A stretch of 64,000 nt of DNA from NCBI GenBank assembly GCA_044223805.1, contig JBGALP010000003.1, forward strand, positions 17,674-81,673, in the 5' to 3' direction. Within the stretch, counting starts at the first letter, position 1. Each line of letters begins with the position of its first letter. The notes beneath the pieces are model-generated. The model worked only from the letters and a program-made list of their open reading frames with translations. It searched no databases and was not told the DNA's origin. Positions 1 through 9,925 of this stretch are shown piece by piece. The DNA comes from Agriterribacter sp. Lineage in GTDB: Bacteria > Bacteroidota > Bacteroidia > Chitinophagales > Chitinophagaceae. The translations under genes and the position numbers were made by a program.

Positions 1-36
1 CGGTTGAAGCAGACATGATTGCCTGAAACGTTTCAT
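1..36 (-). CDS. 5' fragment of a gene running off the window edge (MKRFRQSCLLQP...)
   Basis: ATG at 36, just past the stop of the co-directional redoxin gene; frame stays open to the window edge. Confidence 0.4.
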   Translation of the reverse strand, partial: MKRFRQSCLLQP

Positions 37-37
37 G

Positions 38-1171
38 CTAGTAATATCTACCTAACAAAGGATTTTCAATTATCACTTTTTTCATCAACCGTGGATCAAT
101 AGATCCTTCTTTAGCATAAACAATTTTTCCTCCGGGCTCTACTAATATAGTATAAGGTAGAGCTCCCTGCCAGTTGGGATCAACTGCTTCTATCAATTTA
201 TATTTATCATCAAGCGTGAAAATATAATTGGTATTGGATGCCTGTTGTTTTTTCAGGAACTGCAATACTTTTTCTTTTTTTACAGGGTCGTCAGCGCTGA
301 TACTGATAAATTCAAAATCTCTTTTGCGATACATGCGGTTAATGGTAATGAACTCAGGAAATTCCGAAACACATGGGCCGCACCAGGTAGCCCATACATT
401 TATCAATCGCAGCTTGTCTGATTTGTTTTGGATAAGGTCTTTTAGCCCATCGGTGTCAATGTTGTCCAAAGTAACAGGCTCTTTTGCCCACTCAGCTTTT
501 GCCTTGGTAATCCAATCACTTTTTTCGATCCATTTTATCGAACAACCAAAAACTTTTGTTGTAGCAGTACCCGGTTCTTTGCCATTAAGTAATGCTTCTA
601 TTGCATTTCTTGTATCCTGCGTATTGGGCGTTTTAGTAGGTTTTTCAACATCGTCTATCCGCCCCTGGTAGCGAAGTTTTCTGCTCTTATCAAAAATAAA
701 AACATGCGGTGTAGCTACTGGTCCGTAAGCATTTGCCGCTAACTCTTTGTCACCATCATACAAATAAGGGAAATTATATTTCTTTTCCTTTGCCCGGATT
801 TTCATTTCTTCAAAGGAATCGCTCATGTCAGTATAATCCAATTCGCTCAACGTTATTGAAGCGGGATCGTTAGGCATAATAGCAACCACTCCAACTCCTT
901 TGTCAGCATAATCTTTAGTGAGTTGTATTAACCTGTCTTCATAAGCTTGCGCAGTAGGGCAATGGTTGCAGGTAAATACAATTACTAATATATTTTTGTT
1001 TTTGAAAGACGCAAGTGTATACATTTTCCCATCTACTCCTTTTAAGGTAAAGTCGGGTGCCTGTGAGCCAATAGCAAGAGTGGGATGATCAATACGGGGT
1101 GTAGCAAAAATGGCAGTTGCAAAAAAACAAAAGGCAAAGCTTGTTAAGGAAATGAGAATATAATTCTTCAT
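38..1171 (-). CDS. Secreted two-domain redoxin (AhpC/TSA-like plus TlpA-like thioredoxin fold)
   Basis: Signal peptide; APDFTLKG and FTCNHCP in domain 1; NVWATWCGPC in domain 2. Confidence 0.85.
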   Translation of the reverse strand: MKNYILISLTSFAFCFFATAIFATPRIDHPTLAIGSQAPDFTLKGVDGKMYTLASFKNKNILVIVFTCNHCPTAQAYEDRLIQLTKDYADKGVGVVAIMPNDPASITLSELDYTDMSDSFEEMKIRAKEKKYNFPYLYDGDKELAANAYGPVATPHVFIFDKSRKLRYQGRIDDVEKPTKTPNTQDTRNAIEALLNGKEPGTATTKVFGCSIKWIEKSDWITKAKAEWAKEPVTLDNIDTDGLKDLIQNKSDKLRLINVWATWCGPCVSEFPEFITINRMYRKRDFEFISISADDPVKKEKVLQFLKKQQASNTNYIFTLDDKYKLIEAVDPNWQGALPYTILVEPGGKIVYAKEGSIDPRLMKKVIIENPLLGRYY

Positions 1172-1181
1172 AACCGTTGGT

Positions 1182-2267
1182 TTATTCTAAAGATACAACT
1201 TGTCCTGTTGAAACAGAACGATCGCAGGCGAAAGCGATTCTAAGGCTGTTTACCGCATCCTGCATATGATCGGTGAGGTCTATATTTTCGTTGATGGCTT
1301 TTAAGAAATAGCGTTGTTCCCTATTGCATAGTTCCTGGTGATCTGGTTCATCTGTAAGATCGAGCCATTCATCTTTTTGACTAAATTGTTCATCAGCGGT
1401 TAATGCCGCATGATGTATTAATAAAGATTCTGTTTTAGTATGCGCATCTATAGAATCCGACTTACCAGCTCCACCAGCATTTTTTGCAACGATAGATACT
1501 GAACCTTTTGGGCCAATTACATCTTTTATAAAAAAAGCCGTTTCGCTTACCATCGGTCCCCAGCCCGCTTCGTACCAGCCAACCGATCCGTCTTCAAAAC
1601 GGATCTGCAATTGTCCATAATTGTAATTGCCTGCAGGAATTTCTTCTGTAAGCCTTGCTCCTATAGCGCTCACGGCAATTGGTTTTGATCTTGTCATCTG
1701 GCACATTACATCAATATAATGTACGCCACAATCAACAATCGGGCTTAAGGATTTCATCAGGTTCCTATGTAATGTCCACATTTTTCCACTGCTCTGCTGG
1801 TTCAGGTTCATACGCATTACCAGTGGTTTGCCCATTTGCTGAGCTACCTCAATAAATTTTTCCCAGGATGGATGGTGTCGTAGAATATATCCCACCACCA
1901 GTTTTCTATTTGCTTTTACTGCCGCAGCAACTACACGCTCTGAACCTTCCACAGAATCTGCCAGGGGTTTTTCTATAAATACATGGCAGCCGTTTTCGAA
2001 AGCTTTAACCGCGAATGCCTCATGTGTATCAGGGTAGGTTGAAATAGAAACCGCGTCAGGATTTGTTGCGTTTAATGCTGTTTCGTAATCATCAAACAAG
2101 GCATATGCGCCACCTAATTTTTCATTCAATACTTTTTTACTGTCTTTGGATGAAACCAATCCAACAATTTCAAATTCATCCATGTTGTGATATGCAATAG
2201 CGTGTGATGTGCCCATATTGCCACAACCGGCAACCAGTATGCGCAATTTTTTTGATGATGAGGCCAT
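1182..2267 (-). CDS. Gfo/Idh/MocA family oxidoreductase
   Basis: Rossmann GCGNMG, FIEKPLA motif, DCGVHYID. Confidence 0.9.
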   Translation of the reverse strand: MASSSKKLRILVAGCGNMGTSHAIAYHNMDEFEIVGLVSSKDSKKVLNEKLGGAYALFDDYETALNATNPDAVSISTYPDTHEAFAVKAFENGCHVFIEKPLADSVEGSERVVAAAVKANRKLVVGYILRHHPSWEKFIEVAQQMGKPLVMRMNLNQQSSGKMWTLHRNLMKSLSPIVDCGVHYIDVMCQMTRSKPIAVSAIGARLTEEIPAGNYNYGQLQIRFEDGSVGWYEAGWGPMVSETAFFIKDVIGPKGSVSIVAKNAGGAGKSDSIDAHTKTESLLIHHAALTADEQFSQKDEWLDLTDEPDHQELCNREQRYFLKAINENIDLTDHMQDAVNSLRIAFACDRSVSTGQVVSLE

Positions 2268-2342
2268 ATTATTCTTTGAATGAAATTTTAAAATAGTGTA
2301 ACAGATAGAAATGAAATGATGGCAGCAACAATCTATAAAAAA

Positions 2343-3155
2343 CTATTTTTCCATGGCATTAAGCACTTCTTCTGTAACGCCGGTAAAAGAGAAACCTCCA
2401 TCGTGAAACAAATTTTGCATAGTCACCATGCGGGTAAGATCGCTGAATAAACTTACGCAATAAGAAGCGCAATCCTCACTGGTGGCATTTCCCAACGGAC
2501 TCATTTTTTCAGCATAGGTAATAAATCCGTCAAAACCTTTCACTCCACTTCCGGCCGTTGTACGTGTAGGTGATTGAGAAACGGTATTTACCCGTACTTT
2601 TTTCCTTACCGCGTAGTGGTAACCGAAGCTCCGGGTTATGCTTTCTAATAATGATTTGGCATCTGCCATTTCACTATAGTGCGGAAATACCCTTTGTGCG
2701 GCTATGTAGGTAAGCGCTACCACGCTTCCCCATTCGTTCAACGCATCCATATCCCACGCTGTACGTAATACGCGATGGAGCGACAGCGCTGATATATCCA
2801 TTGACTTTTGAGTGAAGCCGTAATCAAGTTCAGTATATGATTTGCCTTTGCGCATGTTAATACTCATGCCAATAGAGTGCAGTATGAAATCTATTTTGCC
2901 TCCAAAATGAGCCTGCGCTTCTTCAAATAATTTTTTCAGATCATCCATGCTGGTTACATCTGCCCCTATAACAGGCGCTTTTACTGCTTCTGCCAGTTTG
3001 TTTATTTCTCCCATGCGCAATGCCACCGGAGCATTGGTTAACACAAGCTGGGCACCCTCTTCGTAACATTTTAATGCAATCTGCCATGCTATAGATTTTT
3101 CATCCAATGCACCAAAAATAATTCCTTTCTTACCTTTTAACAGATTATAAGCCAT
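2343..3155 (-). CDS. fabI: Enoyl-ACP reductase (NADH)
   Basis: LLKGKKGIIFGALDEKSIAW, YSEMADAK, LFHDGGFS; start moved to MAYNLL at 3155 (ORF track starts at 3191). Confidence 0.9.
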   Translation of the reverse strand: MAYNLLKGKKGIIFGALDEKSIAWQIALKCYEEGAQLVLTNAPVALRMGEINKLAEAVKAPVIGADVTSMDDLKKLFEEAQAHFGGKIDFILHSIGMSINMRKGKSYTELDYGFTQKSMDISALSLHRVLRTAWDMDALNEWGSVVALTYIAAQRVFPHYSEMADAKSLLESITRSFGYHYAVRKKVRVNTVSQSPTRTTAGSGVKGFDGFITYAEKMSPLGNATSEDCASYCVSLFSDLTRMVTMQNLFHDGGFSFTGVTEEVLNAMEK

Positions 3156-3233
3156 ATGGTTGATTTTAAAATTGTGCGTAAAAATAGACATTCAAAGGGA
3201 ACCGCCAAATATAGGTTATGGAATAAGATGAAG

Positions 3234-4889
3234 TTAAGCGGTAATCATTTCTCTTGCATTTTCAAGCGTTACTGCAGTAGGTTTTTCGCCACCAAGCATT
3301 TGAGCGATGGCATTTATTCTTTCCTGGTCAGATAAACGCTTTATGCCAGTCATAACTTTACCGTTTTTCTCCTGCTTATACACAAAAAAATGAGCATCTG
3401 CTTTTGCGGCTATCTGCGGTTGATGTGTAATGGAAATCACCTGGTGCTCATGCCCCAATGCCTTCATTATAATACCTACCTGTTTTGCCGCTTCGCCACT
3501 TATGCCGGAATCTATTTCATCAAAAATGAGGGTAGGAAGTTGAACGGAAGCTGCCACGAGTGATTTGATGCAAAGCATTAATCTGCTTAGTTCGCCGCCA
3601 CTCGCCACTTTTTTCAATGGCTCAAAACGATTGCTTTTGTTGGCGTCAAACAAAAACTCAATAGTGTCAGCTCCGGAAGCATGGAGTATTGAAGGTGTAA
3701 TGTTTATTTTTAGTCTGGCATTGGGCATGCCTACCTGTGCCAACAATTTTGTGCTTTTCTTTTCAAGTGGGGCAATTTGTTTTTCACGATTGGCGGTAAT
3801 GACAGCAGCAAATTCTGTAGCCTTTTTCAATTGGGATGTCGCCTGCTTTTCAAGCCTGGCAATGTCCTCGTCAAGATGCAAAATCTTATTTAATTTTTGA
3901 CTCAGGTTATACTGTATCTCAAGTAATTGATCAGTGGTTTGTACATTATGTTTTTTCAATAATTTGTATCCCATGGCTAAGCGGTCGCTGATGCTTTGTA
4001 TTCTTTCCGCGTCAAGATTTAGTGCGTCGCTAACTGTTTCTGTTTCGTCTGCAATATCACGCAGTTCAATCTGAGCAGATTGCAATCTTTGCAATAATGC
4101 CGGAATATCAGTATGGTATTGTTGAACAGCTTGTAATTGGTTGATCAAGGTTTTTAATTGCTGTACAATCGGATCTTCACTTTCATTGAGCTGATAACTT
4201 ACTTTACCTAAAGCTGATTTAATATTTTCAGCATTACTCAATGTTTTCAATTCTGCATCTAATTCTTCCAGTTCATTTTCTTTCAGATTAATATCTTCCA
4301 GCTCGCTGAACAAAAATTTATGATAATCCAATTCCTTATCTGCTTCAGCCTGTTGCTGTTTGGCGGCTGATAATTGCTTTTGCGTAGCGCTGTACTGCGT
4401 ATATTGAGATTGATATTCCGACAAAAGATCAGCATGTGCAGCAAGTGCGTCAATTACTTCTCTTTGAAAATCACTGTCACCTAAATCTAATGTATCAAAC
4501 TGCTGGTGAAGATCAACCAATAACGAAGCAATCTGTTTTAACTGGGAAAGGTTAACAGGCGTATCATTTATGAAAGCTCTCGATTTACCATTGGCGTTAA
4601 CTTCTCTTCGTATAACAATATCATTTTCGGCATCAAGATCATTTTCCTGTATAAATTTTATAATATCTTTACGGTTATTAATAGTAAAGGTGCCTTCAGC
4701 TATGCATTTTTTTTCGGCATTAAATAATACAGCGCTATCCGCACGTTCACCCAATATCAAACCCAATGCGCCTACCAGAATACTTTTTCCCGCACCTGTT
4801 TCGCCGGTAATAATATTCAGCTTATCCGAAAAAGATATGTCTACCGATTCGATAATCGCATAATTCTGTATAAATAATTTTTGAAGCAT
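3234..4889 (-). CDS. recN: DNA repair protein RecN
   Basis: Walker A TGETGAGKS, coiled coil, ASGGELSR, FDEIDSG, ITHQPQIA. Confidence 0.97.
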   Translation of the reverse strand: MLQKLFIQNYAIIESVDISFSDKLNIITGETGAGKSILVGALGLILGERADSAVLFNAEKKCIAEGTFTINNRKDIIKFIQENDLDAENDIVIRREVNANGKSRAFINDTPVNLSQLKQIASLLVDLHQQFDTLDLGDSDFQREVIDALAAHADLLSEYQSQYTQYSATQKQLSAAKQQQAEADKELDYHKFLFSELEDINLKENELEELDAELKTLSNAENIKSALGKVSYQLNESEDPIVQQLKTLINQLQAVQQYHTDIPALLQRLQSAQIELRDIADETETVSDALNLDAERIQSISDRLAMGYKLLKKHNVQTTDQLLEIQYNLSQKLNKILHLDEDIARLEKQATSQLKKATEFAAVITANREKQIAPLEKKSTKLLAQVGMPNARLKINITPSILHASGADTIEFLFDANKSNRFEPLKKVASGGELSRLMLCIKSLVAASVQLPTLIFDEIDSGISGEAAKQVGIIMKALGHEHQVISITHQPQIAAKADAHFFVYKQEKNGKVMTGIKRLSDQERINAIAQMLGGEKPTAVTLENAREMITA

Positions 4890-4942
4890 ACCAGGCTGTT
4901 ACTGCTGCAAGTTAACCGATCGTTTTTTCAGTTCAATAAAAA

Positions 4943-4974
4943 TAAAAAAGGCATCACAATTAAATGATGCCTTT
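4943..4974 (-). terminator. Intrinsic terminator after the nif3/zinc-ribbon pair
   Basis: AAAGGCATCA-N8-TGATGCCTTT stem, T-tract on the minus strand. Confidence 0.75.
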
Positions 4975-4995
4975 CAAAAAAGATTGAATAATTTT

Positions 4996-5751
4996 TTATT
5001 TTACTTCTATTCCGTTGTATAAATCTTCGTCTATTAAAATGCGTCCGCAGTTTTCGCAAACAATAATTTTCTTGCGCTGTTTAATTTCACTTTGTCTTTG
5101 AGGAGGGATAGCATTAAAACAACCACCGCAGGCGTCTCTCAGTACGGGTACAATGGCTAATCCATTGCGATAGCTCTTACGGATTCTTTCGTAAGAAGCC
5201 AATATTCTTGGCTCTACTTTTTCACGAGCCTGGGAGGCAATGGCCAAAAATTCGTTTTCTTCTATTTCTGTATCAGCTATAATTTTTTCGAGCTCTCCTT
5301 TTTTATGCTTTAAAACACCATCTTTACTGGCAACCGCTTTTTTAGCAGTTTCAAGCAAACGGGCTTTATCAGCAATTTCTTCATTTGCATCCTTAATATG
5401 CTTTTCAGCTAATTTTACTTCAAGGTTCTGCAATTCCATTTCCTTGGTAATGGCTTCAAACTCACGATTATTCTTTACATTCTCACTTTGCTTTTCGTAT
5501 TTTTTTACCAGCGCCTGCGAATCCTTTATGATATTCTTCTTTTGCTCAATAAATTCCTGAATGCCATTGATCTCTTCTTCTACACGGGTTTGACGGGCAT
5601 GTAAACCGGTAATTTCATCTTCGAGGTCACGAACTTCCATCGGAAGTTCTCCCTTTAAGATTTTTACCTCGTCTAATTTGGAATCAACTTTTTGCAAAGA
5701 AACAAGTGAAGAAAGTTTTTCTTCTACGGAGAATTCTTTTACGTTGGCCAT
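4996..5751 (-). CDS. Coiled-coil protein with C-terminal C4 zinc ribbon (DUF164/CT398-like)
   Basis: Long coiled coil, then CGGC...CENCGRIL; usual partner of nif3-like genes. Confidence 0.9.
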   Translation of the reverse strand: MANVKEFSVEEKLSSLVSLQKVDSKLDEVKILKGELPMEVRDLEDEITGLHARQTRVEEEINGIQEFIEQKKNIIKDSQALVKKYEKQSENVKNNREFEAITKEMELQNLEVKLAEKHIKDANEEIADKARLLETAKKAVASKDGVLKHKKGELEKIIADTEIEENEFLAIASQAREKVEPRILASYERIRKSYRNGLAIVPVLRDACGGCFNAIPPQRQSEIKQRKKIIVCENCGRILIDEDLYNGIEVK

Positions 5752-5774
5752 ATAATGCTACTGCGGTTTATAAA

Positions 5775-6872
5775 TTATACGTAATAAAATACCGGGTTGG
5801 TCTTTACTTCCGTTTTAAGGACGGCAAAGTTAGGGAATTTTTCCCGCAAAATATCATGTAGCAGGTCAATGGTAAATTGCTCGCTTTCAAAATGCCCTAT
5901 ATCAGCAATAATCATCTCTTTACTACCCTCAAAAAACTCATGATACTTAATATCAGCGGTAATATATATGTCTGATTTTACTGATAAGGCGTTGGAAATC
6001 AAAAAGCTACCAGCACCTCCACAAAGGGTAACCTTTTCTATGGGTTTGTTTCTTAAGGCGGTATGTTTTACTACTTTAAGTTGAAAAACATCTTTCAGAT
6101 GTTGTAAAAAAGCTTTTTCTCCCATAGGAAGAGTCAATAACCCGGTAATGCCCGACCCTGTTTTATTATAATTATTATCAAGCGTTATAATATCAAAAGC
6201 TGGTTCTTCATAAGGATGAGCATCCACCAAAGCGCTAACAATCCGGGCTTGTAACCATGCCGGAAATACGATTTCCACTTTAACTTCTTTTTCATAATGT
6301 AATTCGCCTTGTTTTCCTACAAAAGGAGTTGTATGTTCTCCTGCTTTAAAAGTTCCTGTGCCTTCCACATTGAAACTGCATTCATTGTAATTGCCTATGT
6401 TGCCAGCTCCTGCGTTCCATATTGCTGACCGCAATCTTTCAACATGCAAGAGGGGTACGAAAGTGTATATTTTTTTTAGTATTCCTTCCTTGGGCAATAG
6501 TATTTGCCTGTTCGTTAGCCCAATAAGGTCTGCTATCTTACCATTTACACCGGTTATTACATTGTCCAAATTGGTATGGATGGCATAAATAGCTATATCG
6601 TGTTTTATGGCGTTAATAATAGTTCTTTCTGTTTCCGTTTTTCCATTAAGCCGTTTTATACCCCTGAAAATGATAGGATGATGCGCTATAATTAGATTAC
6701 ATTTTTTTGCTATTACTTCTTCCAGCACCTTTTCGGTTACATCCAGGCAGCAGATTATTCCTGTGCATGCTGTTTGATGATCACCTGTGAGCAATCCGGC
6801 ATTATCGTATGGTTCCTGTAGCGATAGGGGCGCAATATTTTCTAAAACGTTAATGATGTCTTTAATTTTCAT
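5775..6872 (-). CDS. Nif3-like dinuclear metal center hexameric protein
   Basis: DNAGL, AHHPIIF, HTNLD, HPYEEPA, GHFESE motifs. Confidence 0.95.
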   Translation of the reverse strand: MKIKDIINVLENIAPLSLQEPYDNAGLLTGDHQTACTGIICCLDVTEKVLEEVIAKKCNLIIAHHPIIFRGIKRLNGKTETERTIINAIKHDIAIYAIHTNLDNVITGVNGKIADLIGLTNRQILLPKEGILKKIYTFVPLLHVERLRSAIWNAGAGNIGNYNECSFNVEGTGTFKAGEHTTPFVGKQGELHYEKEVKVEIVFPAWLQARIVSALVDAHPYEEPAFDIITLDNNYNKTGSGITGLLTLPMGEKAFLQHLKDVFQLKVVKHTALRNKPIEKVTLCGGAGSFLISNALSVKSDIYITADIKYHEFFEGSKEMIIADIGHFESEQFTIDLLHDILREKFPNFAVLKTEVKTNPVFYYV

Positions 6873-6943
6873 AACTCTATAAAAAGTAATATAAAAATAG
6901 CCATTACTTTGCTGCCGGAAGGTTTAATGTTTGACTGAATAAC

Positions 6944-7771
6944 ATGAAAAAAATTCTGCTTCTTTTAATTGGTGTTAATATAATGCTTTGTACAGTTGCT
7001 CAACAGCAGTATACAGGTAATTGGGATACCTATCTAATGGATATTGATAATGTGCCTGCTTCTGTTGTGGTTGATCTTGGCTTTGGAGGTTCAGAAGCTG
7101 CTAAAGAAAGACCGAATGTAATTATTGTGAGCTTAAGGCTTATAGCTGTTTTGCAAAATGGTATGCCTTCAGAAAAAGAATCAAAAGTGCTGGATAATGT
7201 GGAAGATTTATTAGTAGATGAGATGAGCAATAATATGCAGGCACTCTATACCGGGAGGTTTACGAAGAATGGAAGACGTGATTTTTACTTTTACACTAAC
7301 GATACTTCTCAATACCGGTTAAGGGTAGCAGAAGCGTTAAAGCCATATCCTGCTTTTAAATGGATGGCAGTTGCCAGACCGGATAAAGAAAAAAGCAATT
7401 ATTTTAATGTGCTGTATCCAACATCAAAAGAAATGGAGCGTATACAAAACAGGAGAGTGGTAGATGATCTTAAAGAAAAAGGAGATGTGCTTACTGCACC
7501 AAGAAGGATAGACCATTTCATTTATTTTAAAACGGAAGGCGATAGAAAAAAATATGCGGCTATAGTGCAGGATAGTGGTTTTGTTATAGAAAATGCAGGA
7601 AAGGAATTAGGCGTTAATGATCGTCCGTATAGTTTGCAGATCAGTCGTGTGGATAAAATAGACTATGTAAGTATTGATAAAGTAACACTATATCTTTGGG
7701 AGCTGGCATTACAACACTTTGCCAAGTATAGTGGATGGGAAACCTTTGTAGTAAAGGAAGGGGGACAATAG
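6944..7771 (+). CDS. Secreted DUF695-domain protein with RraB-like C-terminal domain
   Basis: Signal peptide; GMPS..E, GRRDFYFY, QNRRVV..L...GD...PRRIDHFIYF, YSGWET. Confidence 0.7.
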   Translation: MKKILLLLIGVNIMLCTVAQQQYTGNWDTYLMDIDNVPASVVVDLGFGGSEAAKERPNVIIVSLRLIAVLQNGMPSEKESKVLDNVEDLLVDEMSNNMQALYTGRFTKNGRRDFYFYTNDTSQYRLRVAEALKPYPAFKWMAVARPDKEKSNYFNVLYPTSKEMERIQNRRVVDDLKEKGDVLTAPRRIDHFIYFKTEGDRKKYAAIVQDSGFVIENAGKELGVNDRPYSLQISRVDKIDYVSIDKVTLYLWELALQHFAKYSGWETFVVKEGGQ

Positions 7772-7799
7772 CGTTAAAATTCAAAACAATTATTACAGT

Positions 7800-9296
7800 A
7801 TGTCTTCTAAGGCGTTATACCAGGATTATATTACTAAAATGCACAAAATTGCCGATGTTAAGAATACGTTGGCGGTAATGCAATGGGATCAGGAGACGTA
7901 CCTGCCACCAAAGGGTGCCGACATCAGGGGGCAACAGATGGCTACTTTAAGCGAGATTGCGCACGGGCTTTTTGCAGCAGATGATTTAGGTGGTGTGTTA
8001 AAAGATTTGTCGTCAGTAAATGATCTTTCGTTTACGGAGCAACGTAATGTGGCGCTAACACTTGAAGATTATAATAAAAATAAGAAATACAGCGGCGCGT
8101 TTGTGCGTGCACTTTCAGAAGCAACCAGCAAGAGTTATCACGCGTGGATTGAAGCAAGAAAACAAAATGATTTTGATGTTTTTAAGAATGCACTGGACAC
8201 TCTTGTGAAATTGAAAATAGAAGAAACGCACATCCTGGGTTTTGAAAAAAATCCCTATGATGCGTTGCTTAATGAATACGAAAAGGGCGCTACGGTAAAA
8301 TGGTTAGATGATGTATTTAATCAATTGCAACTGCCATTAAAACAATTGCTTTCTTCCATAGCACAAAAAGAACAGCCGGATGAATCATTTCTTCATCAAC
8401 ATTTTGATAAAGATGCACAGTGGACATTTGGATTGGAGATGCTGAAAAAAATGGGATATGATTTTGATGCGGGGCGGCAGGATATATCTGCTCATCCATT
8501 TACCACCAGTTTTAATGCCAGAGACGTAAGGATTACTACACGAATAGACGAAAATGATTTTACCTCCATGACCTGGAGTTGTTTGCACGAAGGTGGACAT
8601 GGCCTTTATGAACAAGGATTACCAGCAAAAGAATATGGATTGCCTTCAGGGGAATATTGCTCGCTTGGTATTCACGAATCTCAAAGCCGGTTATGGGAAA
8701 ATTGCATAGGTAGAAGCCTGGAATTTATTCAGTACAACTTGGCAGCTATACAGCAATATTTTCCGGCATTAAAAGGAGTAACTGCTCTGCAACTATTCAA
8801 AGCCATTAATAAAGTGCAGCCATCTCTTATTCGCACGGAGGCCGACGAGTTGACTTATCATTTTCACGTAATGATCCGGTATGAAGTAGAAAAACGATTG
8901 ATAGATGGTACTTTACCTGTTAAAGAAGTGCCTGAATTCTGGAATGAAAATTATAAGAAGTACCTTGGTGTTGATGTGCCTGATGCAAAAAGCGGTTGCC
9001 TGCAGGATATTCACTGGAGTCATGGAAGTTTTGGTTATTTCCCAACCTACAGTTTAGGTAGCTTGTATGCTGCCCAGTTTTATGCTTTTATGCAAAAAAA
9101 ATATCCTGATTTAACAAATGAAATAGCGCATGGCAATTACAGCAATATTCATCAGTGGTTGCAAACCAATATATATCAGCATGGAAAAACATATACCAGC
9201 AATGAGTTATGTAATAAAGCTACCGGCCAACCGTTAGCAATGAGCTATTTCATGCAATATTTGAATAACAAATATCAAATGATTTATCACGATTAA
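7800..9296 (+). CDS. Carboxypeptidase M32 (Taq-type)
   Basis: WDQETY, HPFT, HEGGH zinc motif, HESQS, IRTEADE, QDIHW, GYFPTY. Confidence 0.95.
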   Translation: MSSKALYQDYITKMHKIADVKNTLAVMQWDQETYLPPKGADIRGQQMATLSEIAHGLFAADDLGGVLKDLSSVNDLSFTEQRNVALTLEDYNKNKKYSGAFVRALSEATSKSYHAWIEARKQNDFDVFKNALDTLVKLKIEETHILGFEKNPYDALLNEYEKGATVKWLDDVFNQLQLPLKQLLSSIAQKEQPDESFLHQHFDKDAQWTFGLEMLKKMGYDFDAGRQDISAHPFTTSFNARDVRITTRIDENDFTSMTWSCLHEGGHGLYEQGLPAKEYGLPSGEYCSLGIHESQSRLWENCIGRSLEFIQYNLAAIQQYFPALKGVTALQLFKAINKVQPSLIRTEADELTYHFHVMIRYEVEKRLIDGTLPVKEVPEFWNENYKKYLGVDVPDAKSGCLQDIHWSHGSFGYFPTYSLGSLYAAQFYAFMQKKYPDLTNEIAHGNYSNIHQWLQTNIYQHGKTYTSNELCNKATGQPLAMSYFMQYLNNKYQMIYHD

Positions 9297-9305
9297 AAAA
9301 GTTTC

Positions 9306-9736
9306 ATGAAAAAGTTCCGACCTATATATGCAGTTGTATTGCCCTTGTTTTTACTGCTTACTACTGTTCAGTGCAAAAAAATAAAGGAAGATCTTGGAAT
9401 GAAATTTATTATTGCGGCAATGACAGACGGCAGATGGTTAGTTGATAAGTTTACAGACAGTAACGAAGATATTGCGGCCTCATTTACAGGTTATGAATTT
9501 CAGTTTACCGGAGATGGCAAAGTATATGGGTATTATAATGGTACACAGGTGGGAGCGGGTACATGGGTTGGTGATGTAAATAACCTTACTATACAATCCA
9601 ATTTTCTCGTGCAGCAGAGCCACTGGTAAGGTTAAACGATACGTAGAAGATTACTAACAATACAACTAAACTTGTTGAGGCTACGCCTTTTAATTCTTCA
9701 CGTATTGCATATCTAAAGCTGGTTAAGAAATCTTAA
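9306..9736 (+). pseudogene. Lipocalin-like lipoprotein, interrupted by a frameshift near 9605 and an in-frame TAG at 9644
   Basis: Lipobox-like TVQC; ORF stops at 9629, while another frame reads AAEPLVRLNDT*KITNNTTKLVEATPFNSSRIAYLKLVKKS* to 9736. Confidence 0.65.
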
Positions 9737-9925
9737 TATATCACAAACTAGTTTCCAACTATATCCTTCGAAATATCGTAATAACAACTTGATTGCCTTT
9801 TCGCATTAATCCATTCTTTTGAAAGTAAGTGGCTTTCTGTCTTAAACAGAAGAAAAAAAATAATATTTTTGCCGCCGCAGGCAGTTAAAACTATAATATC
9901 TGTGCCCTCTTAAAATCAGCATTGC

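Noticed and set aside
9644-9646. In-frame TAG considered as stop-codon recoding (pyrrolysine or alternative code)
   Set aside because: TAG terminates normal genes in this window (cysD, cysI, the PKD protein), and the same gene also has a frameshift.
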